The translations under genes and the position numbers were made by a program. A stretch of 64,000 nucleotides of DNA from Basidiobolus meristosporus CBS 931.73. Taxonomy: Eukaryota > Fungi > Basidiobolomycota. The notes under the pieces were generated by a model. That model searched no databases and was not told the DNA's origin. It saw only the letters and a program-made list of their open reading frames with translations. Shown piece by piece: positions 1-14,854 of the stretch; positions within the stretch are counted from its first letter, which is position 1; each line of letters starts with the position of its first letter. Location of the stretch: positions 62,001 through 126,000 of the forward strand of contig MCFE01000164.1 of the NCBI GenBank assembly GCA_002104905.1, in the 5' to 3' direction.

Positions 1-105
1 AGGAGCTGCTAGAATCTCAATAAAGATCAGTTCAAGTTTTAGTGAATACAATACTAGCTAGCCTCCCTATTCCTCTACAACTCTTATACCAAGACTTGTA
101 ATACA
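1..105 (+). repeat. 3' part of gypsy-family LTR (truncated by window edge)
   Basis: Matches the reverse complement of the LTR at 12887-13254 (…ctcttataccaagacttgtaataca vs …ctctcataccaagacttgtaaca). Confidence 0.75.
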
Positions 106-129
106 ACTAATGATTATTTGGAAAACTTT

Positions 130-2750
130 ACCAAGGTATGCCAGATTTTTGTCCATGGGGCAAACTGCTTGACACTCAATAACTCAACACTATACATCAC
201 TTCTTTGTCAATACTCATGTGAATTTAAGAGTTTTGTATTTGAGACATTGCATCTATATTAATATAAGATTCAATGATGTCATGCCATGGTAAGTATTAT
301 AAATGAAGTTGTGGCACCGTATGCACATAAATATGGAACACTATTTCCCCTTTAGCTTGACTTACTTCCATATGTATGCCAGCAAAAAATAAAGCAAAGT
401 TGTCTGGTTCCCAACCAAACCTCACTGCTGACAGCAGCAAAAGAAAGGCTGGACAACATCTTGCTTAGAGGTTTAGTGCAACAAGCAGGGCTACAACCAA
501 AAAAGACCCTGTGGACTGTGTGCCCACTGAAGGTAATAATGTGGACTCCGCAGGCCCTCAGCCAAGTAGGCAATTGGAAATCTCCGCAGAGCCAGAAACT
601 GACAATTTTTCTGAGGCAGATGGAATGTAGTAAAAGCAGTACCTTCAGTTGAAGATCAGCAAATGGCTGTCATAACATCATCATCACCTATTTTTGCAAG
701 TATGATGTTAGCTTATACAAAAGCACCAATGAAGCAACTAGGTGCAGTGACTGATAGAATAGATGCAGTGACCATGAGAAATCAGGAAGTAGTACAGAAG
801 CAGGATGAGTGCACAAAAGGTGTAAACCAAGCAGTATCTTAGGTAGCAAAGGCTGTATCTTTGCTGCAAAGAAGGAACTCAAGTAGCTCAGTGTCACAGC
901 CAAGAATTTAGCCATTTCCCAATGTAACAGCATACAAACACTGCACAGTCTTTGAGGCACCACAATAGTGCCCAAAGATAGAGCATATAGAACAACTTAT
1001 CACAGCATGGGAGGGAGATAATGTGGGGTTTGCAACAAAGCCCAAAAATTATAAGACATTGAAGACAGGTGAAGCTGTTGAGTGCAATGATGTAGAGTGA
1101 GCAAATGTTCAAGAGACCATTAGAAGTCTAGCATGCCATCACCTTAAGGCCTGCATACCTTGGGACCATCAGGAACTCAAGGCCCAGCAGAATGCACTTG
1201 GCTTGCTCCTCAAGCATTATCCTGGATTCATACAAGCAATCAAGATTTTGGGCTAGCATTGGTATGCTAAGAAAGTATCTCAGGAATAGCAGAAACTATC
1301 AAAGGCAGAAGAACAAGGGTGCAATGGCTAAAAACTCGCAACTTCCTCAAGGGCTTGTCACAAGCAGGGCCAAAAGCTGCAAACAAGTTTTTGAAGAGGC
1401 ATCAGGTTGCTGGAAGAGTACCAATAGGGGAGATGCAGGCAGACACATATGCAGCAGCACAACATTTACTGCAGAAAATGTGCAGTCCTACTCAAGAAGC
1501 ACTCAGTCAAAGTGGCAATGAAGGACCTGGCAGTGATCAAAACAAGCAGCTACCTCAGAGCCTGTCACTCCATGGGTGGAGAGCTTAAAACAAGTGGAAA
1601 GAAGCATCAGGTTGCCTGCAGAGTGCCAGCAAAGAACAAGCAGTCCAAAATAAATGCGTCAGAGCAGAATATATCAAGGAGAAAATGTAGTTCATTAAAA
1701 TAAGCAATCAGACAAAGCAGCAGTGAATGACCGGTCCATGATAAAGGAAAAGGCAAAGGGTAAAAGCTTACCCAAGCCAGAGACAGTGAAGCTTCAGAAA
1801 AAGCTGCAGTTCATGCCAATTAATGCTGTTAGCCCAGAACAGACTGAATCCCATAATAACCTCAAAGAATTACCAACAAGAATACAACTGCTGTCACAAT
1901 AGTCAGAAGTGCAGCCAGTTGAGCTGCACTCCAGTGAGGTAGATGAGTTTACAGAGAAAGGAAGTCTGTCTACCAGAGCCTTCACATCCTCTGTTGTTAA
2001 CGGAGTGGAGATTGCACTGACAAACAAAGTAACAATGTCAAGAACTCAAGAGGTTATTGCAAAGCCTTTGGTGGAATTTTGGAACATCAACAGGCCTACC
2101 AGGTGGTTGTATATCAATGATTTATTGCAAAGACTGACAGATAAGTTGCTAGACCTTGCAGTCCTAGCTGAAGACCAGGATATATGCAAAACAGTTAATG
2201 AACAATGACATAAAGCTGCAGGGTTCCAATAAAAGCTGTTGAAACAAAGCATTTCTGCAGAAATGCTTGTTGTGCAGTGGATTTCAATGGAGTTAATTGT
2301 TGGGTGTAGGGTATAGGGACTTGTATAGGTCAATACAATTTGCAATTGTGGTAAAACTGAAGTTTCAGCAGCAATAAATAGATTTGTTTGCATACAATGT
2401 AAAAGAATGGTTGAGAAATAAATCAATTTGTATGCATCAAAAATAAGTGAAATATTTGAGTCAGGTAGTAAGAAATTTGGAAAAGAGGCAATAGCCAATC
2501 AATGCACGCAAACCTAGCAGGTGATAAAGTGGCTTGGATCAGAAAGTGAGAAGATTGGCAGCAAACCAATAAAAAGCCACTTATGTACTGTTGTGATGAT
2601 AAATTTCAACCAAGTTTTCATGATATATAGGGTACGATTTTTCTTGACAGTCTTTGCATGGAATCCTGATGAAATCAATACATCTTAGTCACAGGACTTT
2701 GAGCTTGTAATGGCATATGATGGGATCATTACACTAATTTTTCATATGGA
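130..2750 (+). mobile_element. Degenerate repeated block (copy 1) with orphan TE-like ORF remnants
   Basis: Collinear with 20645-23330 along its length. Shared segments include YPGFIQAIKILGASIG/YPVFKQANQLWASIG-type coding pieces and gttgctagaccttgcagt. Many stops and frameshifts. Confidence 0.7.
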
Positions 2751-5239
2751 AAGAGCAGTAACATGTCTAAGTCATGCCAAGATTGATAAGTAATTTTGTC
2801 AAAATGAAATGAATTGATTTAGCACAATTCAATTAATATATCTGATTTTTGATGCATTATGATTTAAGCTTTACCAGTTACCATTTACCCCATCATTATG
2901 CTGCAAAAAACATCCTCTAACAATGACTTGGTGATTTTGCTAACAAATTTCGCACCAGTCTATAATCAAATAGGAAATTTGTAACTGATGTGATCTGATC
3001 CATGTGAATGTAATCCAAGATGTATCATGCATAATGTAGGGAAATTCAACAATCACATTAGTTTCATATATATTCCATATAAAACCAAGCTGATGCCAAT
3101 GTATTATCACATAGGTTTCCAGATATATCACTATGGCCTGTATACCAAGTCTCAGCTCATCTTCAGTACTACCCAGACAAAACTGTTACAGCAGCTCAAC
3201 AGCATTAAGCAGATTGGCATAGTAAATATTGCATCCAATTGAGTTCTTGCCAAATGACTACAGTACGGCCTAAGTCTCTATATTTAGGCTTCATACTGAC
3301 ATATGGGTGCTACTCAATAATCAGCAGAGCTGGATACCTCATATAGGCAGCAGAGATGGAAGAACTTGAGTAGAAGTTTGTGACAGGAATTCTACATCAA
3401 AATGAATGCCAAGGTATCTCAGAAGATATATAACAAGACAAGTATTGAAATCTTGAATGAGCAGAGAGGAAGCATATTTGATGAGGAGGCTGCACCCAAA
3501 CAATTCCACATACAATTTGTGCAGTAAGGAGCCGGCATACCCATTTGTGGCTCAAATTTGGGAACCAAGGTGAATATGCATATGTTTTTGCCTTAAATGT
3601 TTGATATACTGTACAATATGCTAGTAGAGCTAAGTGGCTTCAAAGAGCAATATACACAGGACTCATCAAAGCAGCAGTTTCAGAGTATCAGAGAGAGGGT
3701 AAGTGAATACATTCAGGGATCAGAAGCAGAGCTTCAAGAGCAGGAATGCAAACTGCAGGCAACTGCATCAAGATTGAGTCAGCACACCTTACCATATTCC
3801 TTACTAAGCCTTGATAATACTACCATTCTGGCACATGTTAACACAATCTGCACCAATACCCTTCATAAGTGCACCATACACTAAGTCAACATGCAATGGG
3901 CTAATGCACACAGCTCAGAGCAATACTACTAGAACCCACCAAACTGCTCAATTAGATGCAAGTCCACTGGAGCACCCCTAGTCACATTCATATGTGGTTT
4001 CACACCAGACTCAGCCCAGGGCAATGTTGTTGGGTCATGTTGTGCCTGCATGTGCATTGACACTTGAACATCAACAAGTTACTTCTGGTGAGCACACTGA
4101 TAAAGACTCACTGAAAGCACCCCCACTGCAGGAGCCTTTGGCAAGTAAAAGAATGTGTCAGTGTATGGCACTTCATGCTAGCTCCATAACATCATCAGGT
4201 GCAACTCAGCACAGACAAGCTACATTACTGTACTTAACAATCAAAAGGCAAATTTCAGAACACAAGTACACAAGTGTCATGATCCAAACAACACATTTTT
4301 TTGCAATCCAAGTCAAATCCTTGCAAATTGATGCCCACTATATTATTGATATAAGTGATATCAGGGATGTTGCACATCTGAGACAGGACCCCAAAAAATG
4401 AACACTCTGCATAATAATTCTATATTTGTAGCACCAGTGCAGCTATTTAATCTCTCTTGCAACTACCCAATTGGCCATATGATAGCAACAATACTACTGC
4501 CAATTCTCAAATACAGGGATCTAGTTGTTCCATAGGCAAAATAGGATATTTGCTGGCAAATAAGGTAACTTGTCAATTAGCCATTAAGCCAAATTGGGAC
4601 TCACAGCTTCAGGATATTGTGAATCAATCAATCACTGGCATAACATCCAAGCAGTAAAGGGGTAGCTAGAATGGTAAGTATCAACTTTGCCTATAGAGTT
4701 GTACAGATTTATTCCCATTTACTTTAAAGAGACATATCCAAATAGCATATATTACCCACTAAATTGTGCATGTGACACTATCATTACATGCTGGCACAAT
4801 CATCTGTACAAACTCATTGTGTATAGCTACACATTAATATAGACAGCAGCAGATTAGACCCAAAGGTTATTGCACACAGCACACACCTCACACTGCTTAA
4901 GTTATGTAGCTTCTACCAGGAATACTTCTGCCTCTTGGTACACACTTTCTGACTCTTCAAGGCATCCACCTACTGTTTGTCTGATACTTTGCAAGTGCTT
5001 TAATAAAGAGTCCAAAGTGTACTATTCTTGAAAGCCACTTGGCTCTACTAATAAATCATGCAGTTCATTGATCATTTGCAGCAAAGATTATGTGGAAATA
5101 TCCATGGCTCACAAAGTTGAGGCATAAATCAATGAAACTGGTCCATACTGTGAAGTATGTGCATGGAACTGTTTGTTTGCAGTCTCCTAACTGAGTCCTC
5201 ACTCTCAGCTTATTTAGAGTACAGTACTTGTCTTGTTAT

Positions 5240-5531
5240 TGTTACAAGTCTTGGTATAAGAGTTGTAGAGGAATAGGGAGTTTAGCTAGTATTGTATTCA
5301 CTCAAACTTGAACTGATCTTTATTGAGATTTCATTTTGATTGCATCATCATCACCCAATAAGATCCTACCTTATATATCTATTTCAGTCTGATAAGGATC
5401 TGCTGATTCATTTGCTGACTAATGCTACTGATCTGATAGAAAATACTAATATACTGATAACTTAAACATAAAACTAATTGATTTGACTCAAAACTGATCT
5501 CACTTAAACATTCAAGCGGCAGATTGTAACA
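5240..5531 (-). repeat. Gypsy-family LTR with internal deletion
   Basis: Starts tgttacaagtcttggtat and ends agattgtaaca; homologous to 12887-13254. Flanks ttat/atat do not match exactly. Confidence 0.75.
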
Positions 5532-6839
5532 ATATATATCTTCTGATGTATATTGCCATTTTGATTTGGGTCTCATACCACAGCTTTGTACCCATATTGC
5601 TCTATCTTTTTCAGCACCTTGAGGTATTCACCTCAGCCTGACTAATGGGAAATACCCAAATACTCCTAATTGGGCTGAACCTAAACAGTTGGGCCATACT
5701 GAAGGCATTTGGTGAAAACATGTACAGATTACACATTAATCTGTCTTGGTCCAATTGCAATGGTGAGTTAGGATTTAACTTGTTCCATATTCAATCACTT
5801 ACCAATATTCTTATGACTCACTAATCTAAAGGCTCTTTCATTAATCCCATTGCTGCCAATATATTTCCTTGAGACACCTTGAGGAAGATCTTCACCAGGG
5901 TCAGTAGACCATCTACCCCAACCCAATCAAGAATGACTCTTGTTGAGCTACTTTGCTTCTATAAGAACTAATACTCAACAAGGTGCATCCCACCATTCAT
6001 GGCAACAACAGTCCTATAAGCTTTCATTCTTATATTGCAGAAAAGTTGAACTAACATGCTGAGGGTATAAATGACTTGAATTGGCCTTTAGAGAATAGAT
6101 GTAGAAGATCCAGTAGACTTTCAAATCCAAAAGTTTTCAAAAGCAGTCTCCATAACAGTATTTATGGATACCTTCCCAGTTAGGACTTACAAACCTTTTA
6201 GATGGCAGTGATACAGTTATTCTGGTAAATAGAAATGTGCTGTGAGAAGTTGCAAGTATTGTCTGAAACTGTGAGAAACAGTATCTGGTGTAGTGGACTA
6301 TATGCATGACGCAGGCATGAAAAAGCACACCTGGTAAAGAATCATCTCAAGTGCAGTAGAAGGGAGAAATGTACAACAGACTTAGCTTACAGCAGATGAA
6401 AACTATTTATAAGGATCCTGTCAAAGAGCTAACACAAAATCTTGATCTTATGACTAAGAGGTATTCTTGGCATCAGAATATTGTGCAAAAACTGTTGACA
6501 AAAAATTGCACCTCAGATTTAAAAATGAGTTAGTCAAATTTTAGTGTCACAACAACATACGCACAGCATTTAATTGGTTCTTTACCAGATCTCTTGCTTT
6601 CTAATCTAAAATACTCAATTGGCACATATATTTATGTACATTAATTGCTATTTCTTCTCTTTTACACTGCTAAATCCATGATTCAACCAATGTCCCTATC
6701 TCCCCTGTACACAAGTAAGTTTATTTCTGTCAAATCTTCAGTTGAGCTTCAATTGCCAATTGCACTGTGCTCTACAAGGCACTATACCAAGCAATAACAT
6801 TAAAGCCAACTGCACATTCCAGAAGTATCTGCATAAAAT

Positions 6840-7302
6840 TGTTACTAGTCTTGATAAATGAGTTGTAGAGCAATAACTTGATAAATGAGTTGTAGAGCAA
6901 TAAGGGCTAAGCTAGTTTTGTGTTCAATAAAACTTCAACCAATTCTTTTGAGGTTCCAGCAGCTTGTTACATACAGTTGGCTAGATCAATTGATGACTCA
7001 TTTGATTGCATTGTGACCACCCAATTAGATCCAGCTTATTTTATCTATTTTGGTCTGATAAGGAAATGCTGAGTTGTATTTCCTAAGGTAGGCTGTGGCT
7101 GATGACTCATTTGATTGCATCATCATTCAATAAGATATTACCTATTATATCTATTTCTCTCTGATAAGGATTTGCTGATTTATCTGCTATTTGATACTAC
7201 TAATTTGATAGATAATACTGATTTACTAGTAGTCTAACTTAAAACTAATTGAGTTGGCTAAAAGTGGATCTTACTTGAACATTCAAGCAGTAGATCACAA
7301 CA
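6840..7302 (-). repeat. Solo gypsy-family LTR with 4-bp TSD (AAAT) and internal tandem duplications
   Basis: TG…CA ends. aaat at 6836-6839 and at 7303-7306. 27-bp unit cttgataaatgagttgtagagcaataa repeated twice. Homologous to 12887-13254. Confidence 0.75.
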
Positions 7303-7379
7303 AAATGCACCATTCATTAGTAATCTCTGCTGAAGTACCCTATTTTCATGACTTCAATGGGATGTCTACAACTTAATGC

Positions 7380-7870
7380 CATACCAGATTTACTGGTTCC
7401 CACATATCCTGATCTCCAGGTAGTACTGCAAGGTCTAGCACCTCAGTTGACAGTCTTTTCACTAAGTTCTTGCAATATTCAGGTGTGTTGTGCTTAGCAA
7501 TACTATTGAAGAAGCACTGCAACCTCCTAGTTTGCAAACCAATATCCCAAAATTTGCACTCTAGGAATTGTAATGGTACCCTGATCTTGTAGCAGCATTG
7601 CTTTGCCTCTCAGGATGATTTCTACTGTGTCTGCAATGGAGGATGCAAAGGATATTGCAGACAAATTGCCTTTTGCTTCTAGCTTGTCTACATTACTGAA
7701 GTATGAATAAAGTAGCTGCACTTCCTACATTCAAGAAGGCAGCTGTTGTCTTTTTGGCAACTCTCTCAGAAGACTACAGGTTTCAGCCTGTTAACAGCTG
7801 GTGGGATAAATAGATGAGAGCTGTGGCCTTTATTTCATGTTTTCTTTCTCTGGCTTGAGTAATCTTGCTT
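7380..7870 (-). repeat. Fragment of the repeated orphan block (3' part)
   Basis: Reverse complement contains gaggtgctagaccttgcagta and ctcaagccagaga, as at 22320-22800. Confidence 0.65.
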
Positions 7871-7899
7871 CCATTTATCCTTATCACTGCCTGGTCATT

Positions 7900-8950
7900 T
7901 GCTGCTACTTGTAATGAGTGCTAGTTGTATTGCATTATGCTTTCTGCTTGATGTATACTAAACTGGGACATTGAGTTCTGCCTGCTTGTCTCATGCTGGC
8001 ACTCATTTGGCCACCTGAAGTTTCTGTGTAGATTGTTTTGAGCTTTCAGCCTTACCTATGGCAGGCTCTTGAGGAAGCCACTAGTTTTACTGCCAAATAA
8101 TGTAAAACTGAACAGTGCTCTAAAGGCCTTTTGGCAAGAAATTGCATTGCATTCCAACAGTCTTACTGCTTTGTATACTGATATGAGTGGACCTAACCAG
8201 CCAATACATTCATTGCTTTATATGGCAAGAAGCTTAACAGTGTTTTGATGGCTTCTTTGTTGATCTTGGTTGGCATTTTAACAGCAGTAAGATGACATAC
8301 AGTCAGTTCTGTAGGATGCTATCATACTAACTTACCAAATAGTATCTCCATTTTCTGCCTACCCATATACTGTTCATATTGTTGAAGTAAAACCTCTGTG
8401 TAGGTATGTCAAGTTTGACTTGAACTTCAAGAAAGTAGCTCAACTTTCCAGGATTATTCACTTTAAACTTGTTGAAGAGATCTGCTTTGGTCTGCTTAAG
8501 TGCCTCCTGGTATTTTGTAGCTATTATTAGGTTGTCCACATAAAGAACTATGATGATCACATCTTTTTTGAGTGGTTTCACATATGCACTGTGATCTGCA
8601 GTGCTACCAATGAGTCCAATCTCATATATATGTGTTTCAAACTTGAAATACCATGCTTAAGGTGCCTGCTTAAGCCAATACAACAATATCTAAGTCAGCA
8701 CGCCTTACAGATCCCCATTTAGAAAGGCTGCTTTGATGTCCATTTGGTGAGAACCTAGACTGTGTACATCTGTCAGGGCTAGAAGTTTCCTAACAGAGTC
8801 CAACTCAACTACAGGAGCAAATATTTTCTTAAACTCTAGTTCCTGGATCTAGAAATAGCCTATAGCAACCAATATAGCTTTGTACATATCAATGGAACCA
8901 CTGGAGGTTAACTAGCTCTTGTAGACTCAAAGTTCTCAACTGTCAATGCT
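7900..8950 (-). pseudogene. Ty1/copia (family 2) reverse transcriptase/RNase H remnant
   Basis: Translated pieces YKAILVAIGY…KKIFAPVV…HQMDIKAAFLNG and LYVDNLIIA…KFKVNNPGKLSYFL are copia RT motifs. Confidence 0.8.
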
Positions 8951-8959
8951 TCTGGTATT

Positions 8960-11900
8960 ATAGTCTTATCAAATCTCAGCTTCATCTTTCCTGCATTTTG
9001 AGATATTTTGGTTTGTGCCTTTTGACATCTTTTGTTCCAGTTGCTGGTGTCTACTTGGCTAACTGAGTGCATCTTCTAAGGTGTTAGTAAGCTTTGGTTG
9101 TGTGAGATCTCCTGGAATCCTTGGTTCACATCCATACACCATGTAAGATGGCAATTGTTGGGTGGTGTTGTGTACTCTGACTCTGCATGCAAAGAGTGCT
9201 TGATATATATGCTCATCCCATCTACTGACAACTCCATTTGCATACTTGGTCAGCTTTTTGAAATAATCCATTAAGCGGTTCAATGACTCCATTAGTTCTG
9301 GGGTGGTCTGCTGAGGTTCTTAAGTGTTTGATCTGCTGCATTTCCAGGTAAGCTTCCAGTGTCTTTGCCATAAAGTTTGCACCTCCATTGGAGAGAATCT
9401 CTACAGGGCATCTAAACTTCATAAGGATCTAATGGTAGATGAAAATTGCAACTTCTTGTTCACTAGCTCTAGGTACAGCTATAGCCACTGGCCATTTAGT
9501 GGCATGGTTGATTGCTACTAGGATCTAATGGTTGCATTTCCTGGTGGTTGGCAGTCTTCTAATAAAGTCAATTCCCCATCTTTCATATGGTATTACAGGC
9601 TCCAAGGGAAAGAGATCAGCAATTCTCTGCAGTTGGCATTGGTTGATTTGGCAACTTGGACATGTTTTCACTAGCTTCTCAATGTCATGTTTCATTCTGG
9701 TCCACCATACTCTGGCTTTCACAAGGCTATAGGTTTCTTTAATTCCAAGATGTACATATCCATTGTGTAGCTTATATATTAAATCCAGACAAGAAGCATA
9801 CAGGCAATAGGCAATAGAGCTTTCATCAACAATTTGGTAGAGTTTTTCATCCTGTACTACAAATTTGCTGGCCACATCCCAGATTATCTTTGTGATATCT
9901 TCATCCACCTCATTAGGAATGGCTTGGTCCTCCAAGTACTTTGGTAATAGGCTAAGCCAATCTGATTCATGCACCAAGTTGAGTTGTGCAACTTGATCTA
10001 ATCCTGATAAGGCATCAGCAATGGTGTTGCTTTTTCCAGGGCAGTAAACAGTCTCCAAGTCAAGTTGGTGAATGTATTCACTCCATCATGTCATTCTTCT
10101 AGAGAGTACCTTCTGAGTAAATATTTACTTGAGGGATGCATGAGCAGTCTTCACATTGCATTTGATTCCTTCAATATAGCATCTTCATGTCTTCAAACAG
10201 TGTATTATAGCAAGCATCTCCTTCTCATGCACTGGATAGTTTTATTCTGCTGAGTTCAGCTTCTTGGATTCAAAGGTAACAGGGTAGACCTTTCCCTTAT
10301 GTTCTTGGCTCAACACTCCACCAATTTCATAATCTGAAGCATCTGCGCAAAGAGTAAACTCTTTTCTGAAGTCAGATATTCTTAAGCTTGGCAGCTTTGC
10401 AAGTTGATTCTGGAGCATCTGGAAGGCAGTCTCACAGGCTAGGTCCCACTTGTAGGTATTGTCTTTCTTGAAGATATCATTCAAAGGGGCTGCAATACTT
10501 GCAAAGGACTTGACAAATCTCTGAGAATGGGAAACCATTCCAAGGAATTATCTTAGCTCTGATATGCTATGGGGCTGCTTCAGATTCTTGATAACTTGAA
10601 CCTTCTTAGGGTCCAAGGTTACTCCGGTGCTAGTCACTATGTGTCCCAGATATTCAATGTGTTCCTTGAAGAATTCAAACTTGGGTAGCTTGCAATAAAG
10701 CTTATTCTCTCTTAGCTTCTGCAAGACCATTTCAATGTGCACCAAGTGATCCTCTTCTATCTTGCTGTAATATTAATGTATCATCTAGGTAGATTATCAC
10801 AAACCTGTCTAAGCACTCCTGGAAGACAGTCTGCATCAGGGTCATGAATGTTGCAGGTGCATTGGTGAGGTCTAAACTCATGACTAAGTACTTGTAATGT
10901 CCATATCTAGTTCTGAATGCTATCTTAGGGATGTCTTCTGGCTTCATCCAAATCTGGTTGTATCCTGACATAAGGTCAATCTTACTGGAAATAGCGGCTC
11001 CATTGAGTTGGTCCAAGAGCTCATCAATCCAAGGTATGGGGTACTTATTCTTCACAGTAATAGAGTTGAGGGCTCTGTAGTCAATGCACATCCTAAGTGT
11101 TCCTTCCTTCCTCTTGACAAAAAGTACTGGTGCTCCCCAAGGTGACTTGCTGGGTCTGATATGTCCTTGCTCCAGTAACTGATCTATTTGTCACTTCTTC
11201 TCTTCCAACTCCAATGGACTCATTCTGTAAGGTGTCTTACTCACTGGAGGGCTATCTCATGTTTCAATGGCATGATTCACATTGCTGACTGGTGGTGGGC
11301 TTACAAGCTCATCTGAAAATACATCTAAATATTCCTTCAAAAGAGTCTGCACCTAGTGGGGTACTAGAGTAGAGGATTCCTCCGGTAAAACTGCCATGAG
11401 GAACATCTGGGTGCCTTTTCTTAGTACTCTACAGAACTGTGACTTGCTAAGTTCACTTGTTTCACACACACTGGAATTGGCCAAGTTAAAATCCAGTCTG
11501 GCAGGTAATAGCTCATAGGTCTTGTTGTCCTTCTGGATCTGAGTAGCATGGGTTCTCCAGTTGATTGATGGATTATGACAAAATAGCCAGGTTTTCCCAA
11601 GTACAAGGTCAAACTTGCAGTTCCTAAATATATAGGCCTATAGGTCTTCTTTATAGTCATTGATCTTTATCCTTACTGGCTGAGTAATATGGTTGATTAT
11701 GTGAGAATTCCCATCAGCTGTTGAGACTGAAGCTGATTTGGTGGGTTCCAGGTTGATTCCAGCTTTCAAAGCAAATTGCTCTGACATGTACTCATGCAAT
11801 GCTCCTGAGTCAATCATGGCCTTGGCATATACTCCATTGATTACTCCATTCAGGTATAATAGCTTTCCTGAGTTTGAGGTCATCTGGGATAGTAATTCTT

Positions 11901-13254
11901 CTGTTGTATGGAAGGTGATCTCTGAGTCTTCTTCAAGTTCATCTTCCATGTCACTATGCTCCCCAGCCTCAATATGGTTAAAGGTTCTTGATGGCTGGTG
12001 TCCATTTCTTCTCTGAGGGCAGAACTTTGCACTATGTTCCTGCTGTTGGCAATTGAAGCAAAGTCCTTTCTTCTTGCATTCTTCTGAGGTAGGATTCTTC
12101 TGCATAGCATCTATGTCCATTGACACTGCTTCTGATTGTCTTCTTTTATAGTGATTGTAGCCTCTCTGATTAGTCATTGTGGGCTTCCCAACTCTAAACA
12201 TAGCTGAGTCATAATCAATTGTAATCTTGATGGCTTCTTCAATAGTCTGAGGTCTTCAATAATTCACCTCCATACAAGTTCTTTCTTTCAACTCATCAAT
12301 GAAATATTCAACTTGATCCAGAGGGACCGTTCTTTCAATTTGCCCCAGTATACATCTGTATTCATAGTTGTACTCCTGGACCATTCCTTTCTGTCTGAGT
12401 GTCTTCATCTTGCTTCTTAGTATTGTCTGTTGGTGAGGGGGCTCAAAGGCATCCTGTATTTCCGACACAAACTCATCCCAGGTAGAGATTGTAGAGCATC
12501 CCATCATGGTGGCTGATATGATCTTGTTGTGGTACCACTGTAAAGTGGCATCTGCCAGTTAAGAGGCTGAATAATGTAACTTGCTTTCAGGAGCAATTCC
12601 CTTAGCCTTGAAAGCTTCTTCAATCTGGAAGAGCCAAGTTCCCATGTTTTCATTGACTCTACCATGAAACTGGTTGACCTTCACACTAAAGTTGCTCTTG
12701 ACAGGGTTTTGCTGGCTTTGGGTCATGGTAGTCATTCCTTATTGCTGCTGGCTAAGGATCTGTAGTAACTGTTGCTGCTGGGCCAGGACTTGTTGCATAG
12801 CATTCTTCCATTCTTGATTTTCAGACATCTTGAGGGAAGCTTCTTCTTTCTTCTGGAGGTATGTTTCTGATTATTACTACTACCAATGTTACAAGTCTTG
12901 GTATGAGAGTTGTTGAGGAATATGGAGTTTAGCTAGTATTGTATCACTAAAACTTGAACTCACCTTTATAGAGATTCCTGCAGCTCCTTATATAGATTTT
13001 GCCAGATTAATTGCTGACTAATTGTATTTTCTAATGTAGGCTGTGGCTGATGACTCATTTAATTGCATCATCATCACCCAATAAGATCCTACTTAATATA
13101 TATATTTTTTTTGGATAAGGATCTGCTGTCTCATTTGCTGACTAGTTCTACTAATTTGATAGATAATACTGATATACTGATAAGCTAAGCATATAACTAA
13201 TTGATTTGACTAAAAACTGATCTAACCTAAACATTCAAGTGGTAGATCATAACA
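8960..13254 (-). mobile_element. Degenerate Ty3/gypsy retrotransposon (5' LTR, gag, protease, RT, RNase H, integrase; 3' truncated)
   Basis: Domain order on the minus strand: gag (WDEFVSEIQDAFEPP), zinc knuckle CFNCQQQEHSAKFC, protease [18 protein letters not shown]…YLDD, RNase H ADASDYEIGGVLSQ, integrase HNGYVH…CPSC…WGIDFI…GVIE. Multiple stops. Confidence 0.92.
12887..13254 (-). repeat. 5' LTR of the gypsy element (368 bp)
   Basis: On the minus strand TGTTATGATC…CTTGTAACA, followed by ttggtagtag (PBS-like, degenerate) and gag. Confidence 0.8.
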
Positions 13255-13399
13255 GTACATTCAACAAATCAGGGATCAGCAGTTTAAGATCAGTGTAACA
13301 CAGGATTACCAAATATAGTATTTTAACAATAAGGAGGGTATATAGAACAGATCATAACACCTTGTAGATATCTGAAAAAATGCCTAACTACTCTAGTTT

Positions 13400-14850
13400 G
13401 ATCTGATCCATATTTTTGCATGAATTGACTTGCTACTTCTGCTGCTACTGCTATATGTTGCTGTGTAGACACCTTCAGGCATATCAGGCTACCAGCAATA
13501 ATTGATAGGGCAGGTTTTGGTCTATACTTGAGCCTTTTTCACCTAAAACTGGCTGAGATTTGCTCAGTTGCAGCCCATTATCTATAGGGGTAGCTGCAGG
13601 CTTGCAGTTATCCATTTTCAAGCATCTAACTACGTGCCTGATGCACTTGACTGATTCAGCACAATTCTCTGCTTAGGTATTCATTTTTGACTTCAGTTCC
13701 AACAAAATAACTCATTTTCCAAGATCTTTGATCTCAAGCTTGCTGAAGAGATCTAGTTATGTCTGTTTAAGTGTCTCCTGGTCATTTGCAGCTTTTAGTA
13801 GGTTGTGTACATAGAGTAATTGATGATCATACTCTTCTTAAACTCTCTCACATATATACTGGGATCTGCAGTTCTATAAATGATGCCTATCTCCTCCAGA
13901 TCTGAGCTACTCTTGCTTTAACATGCTCAAGATGCTTGCTTAAGCCCATACAACAATTTCCTAAGTTGCACACCTTATAGAGGCCTTTTGCACTGTTAAG
14001 ACTGTCTGGTTGCCACATATATCAAGTTTCCTGCAGATCTCCATTTTAAAAGGCTGTTTTGAGGTCCATTTGGTGTAGATCTAGACTATGTACCGGTTCC
14101 AGGTCTAGAAATGTCCTGATGGATTGAGACTTGGCCACCATATCAAATGCTTTCTCAAAATCTAGTCCCTGGATATAAGATAAGCCTTTTGTCACCACTC
14201 TAGCTTTGTATTTATCAGCAGTACCACATGAAGTTATCTTCATCTTGTAGACCCATCTACATTCTATTGGCTTTCTCCCATTTGGTAAATCTACCAGTTA
14301 CCATGCTTTTGCCTTGATCAGTGATTGGTACTGCTCCTGCATGGCATATTGCCTAATAGTAGCATCTGGACTTTGCAATGTTTATTCCAGATTCTGAGGT
14401 TTGGCATATAAGAAAAGATAAGCTTTTTCATGATCATTGGATGTCTGCCACCAGGATCCACAGGCATTTCTTATTCTGGTAAGTCTCCTACCTGGGATAA
14501 CCAGCGCTGATCTAGAACTGGTTGAATTATCTTCAGTATCTGGCTGAATTAGATGTATATCTTCTTCATTAGTTTTGATTACATCATCAGGCAGCTAGCC
14601 AATGATTTCAGTGGCTTTCCAATCTGAGTTCTCAAATACAAAATCCCTGCTCTTGATCAGCTTCTGAATCTTGTCAATTTACACTTGATACCCTTTAGTA
14701 TCCTCACAATATCTGAGATGTGTGCTGACCATTACAACACCCATTTGCTCAGCATATTGAAGTAATCCTTGTGAGGTTTGACACATCCACCAATTGCCTG
14801 TAACTGTAAGATAAGCATATATTTGATATCTGTGATTTTCCAAAGAAGAG
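13400..14850 (-). pseudogene. Ty1/copia (family 2) integrase-end/RT remnant, second copy
   Basis: KYKARVVTKGLSYIQGLDFEKAF…HQMDLKTAF. DNA is homologous to 8300-8900. Confidence 0.8.
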
Positions 14851-14854
14851 CTGC

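Noticed and set aside
2750-6800. Faint resemblance to LINE RT or hAT motifs in the CpG-depleted sequence between the recognised LTRs
   Set aside because: The sequence is probably decayed TE DNA, but no motif is strong enough to name a family.
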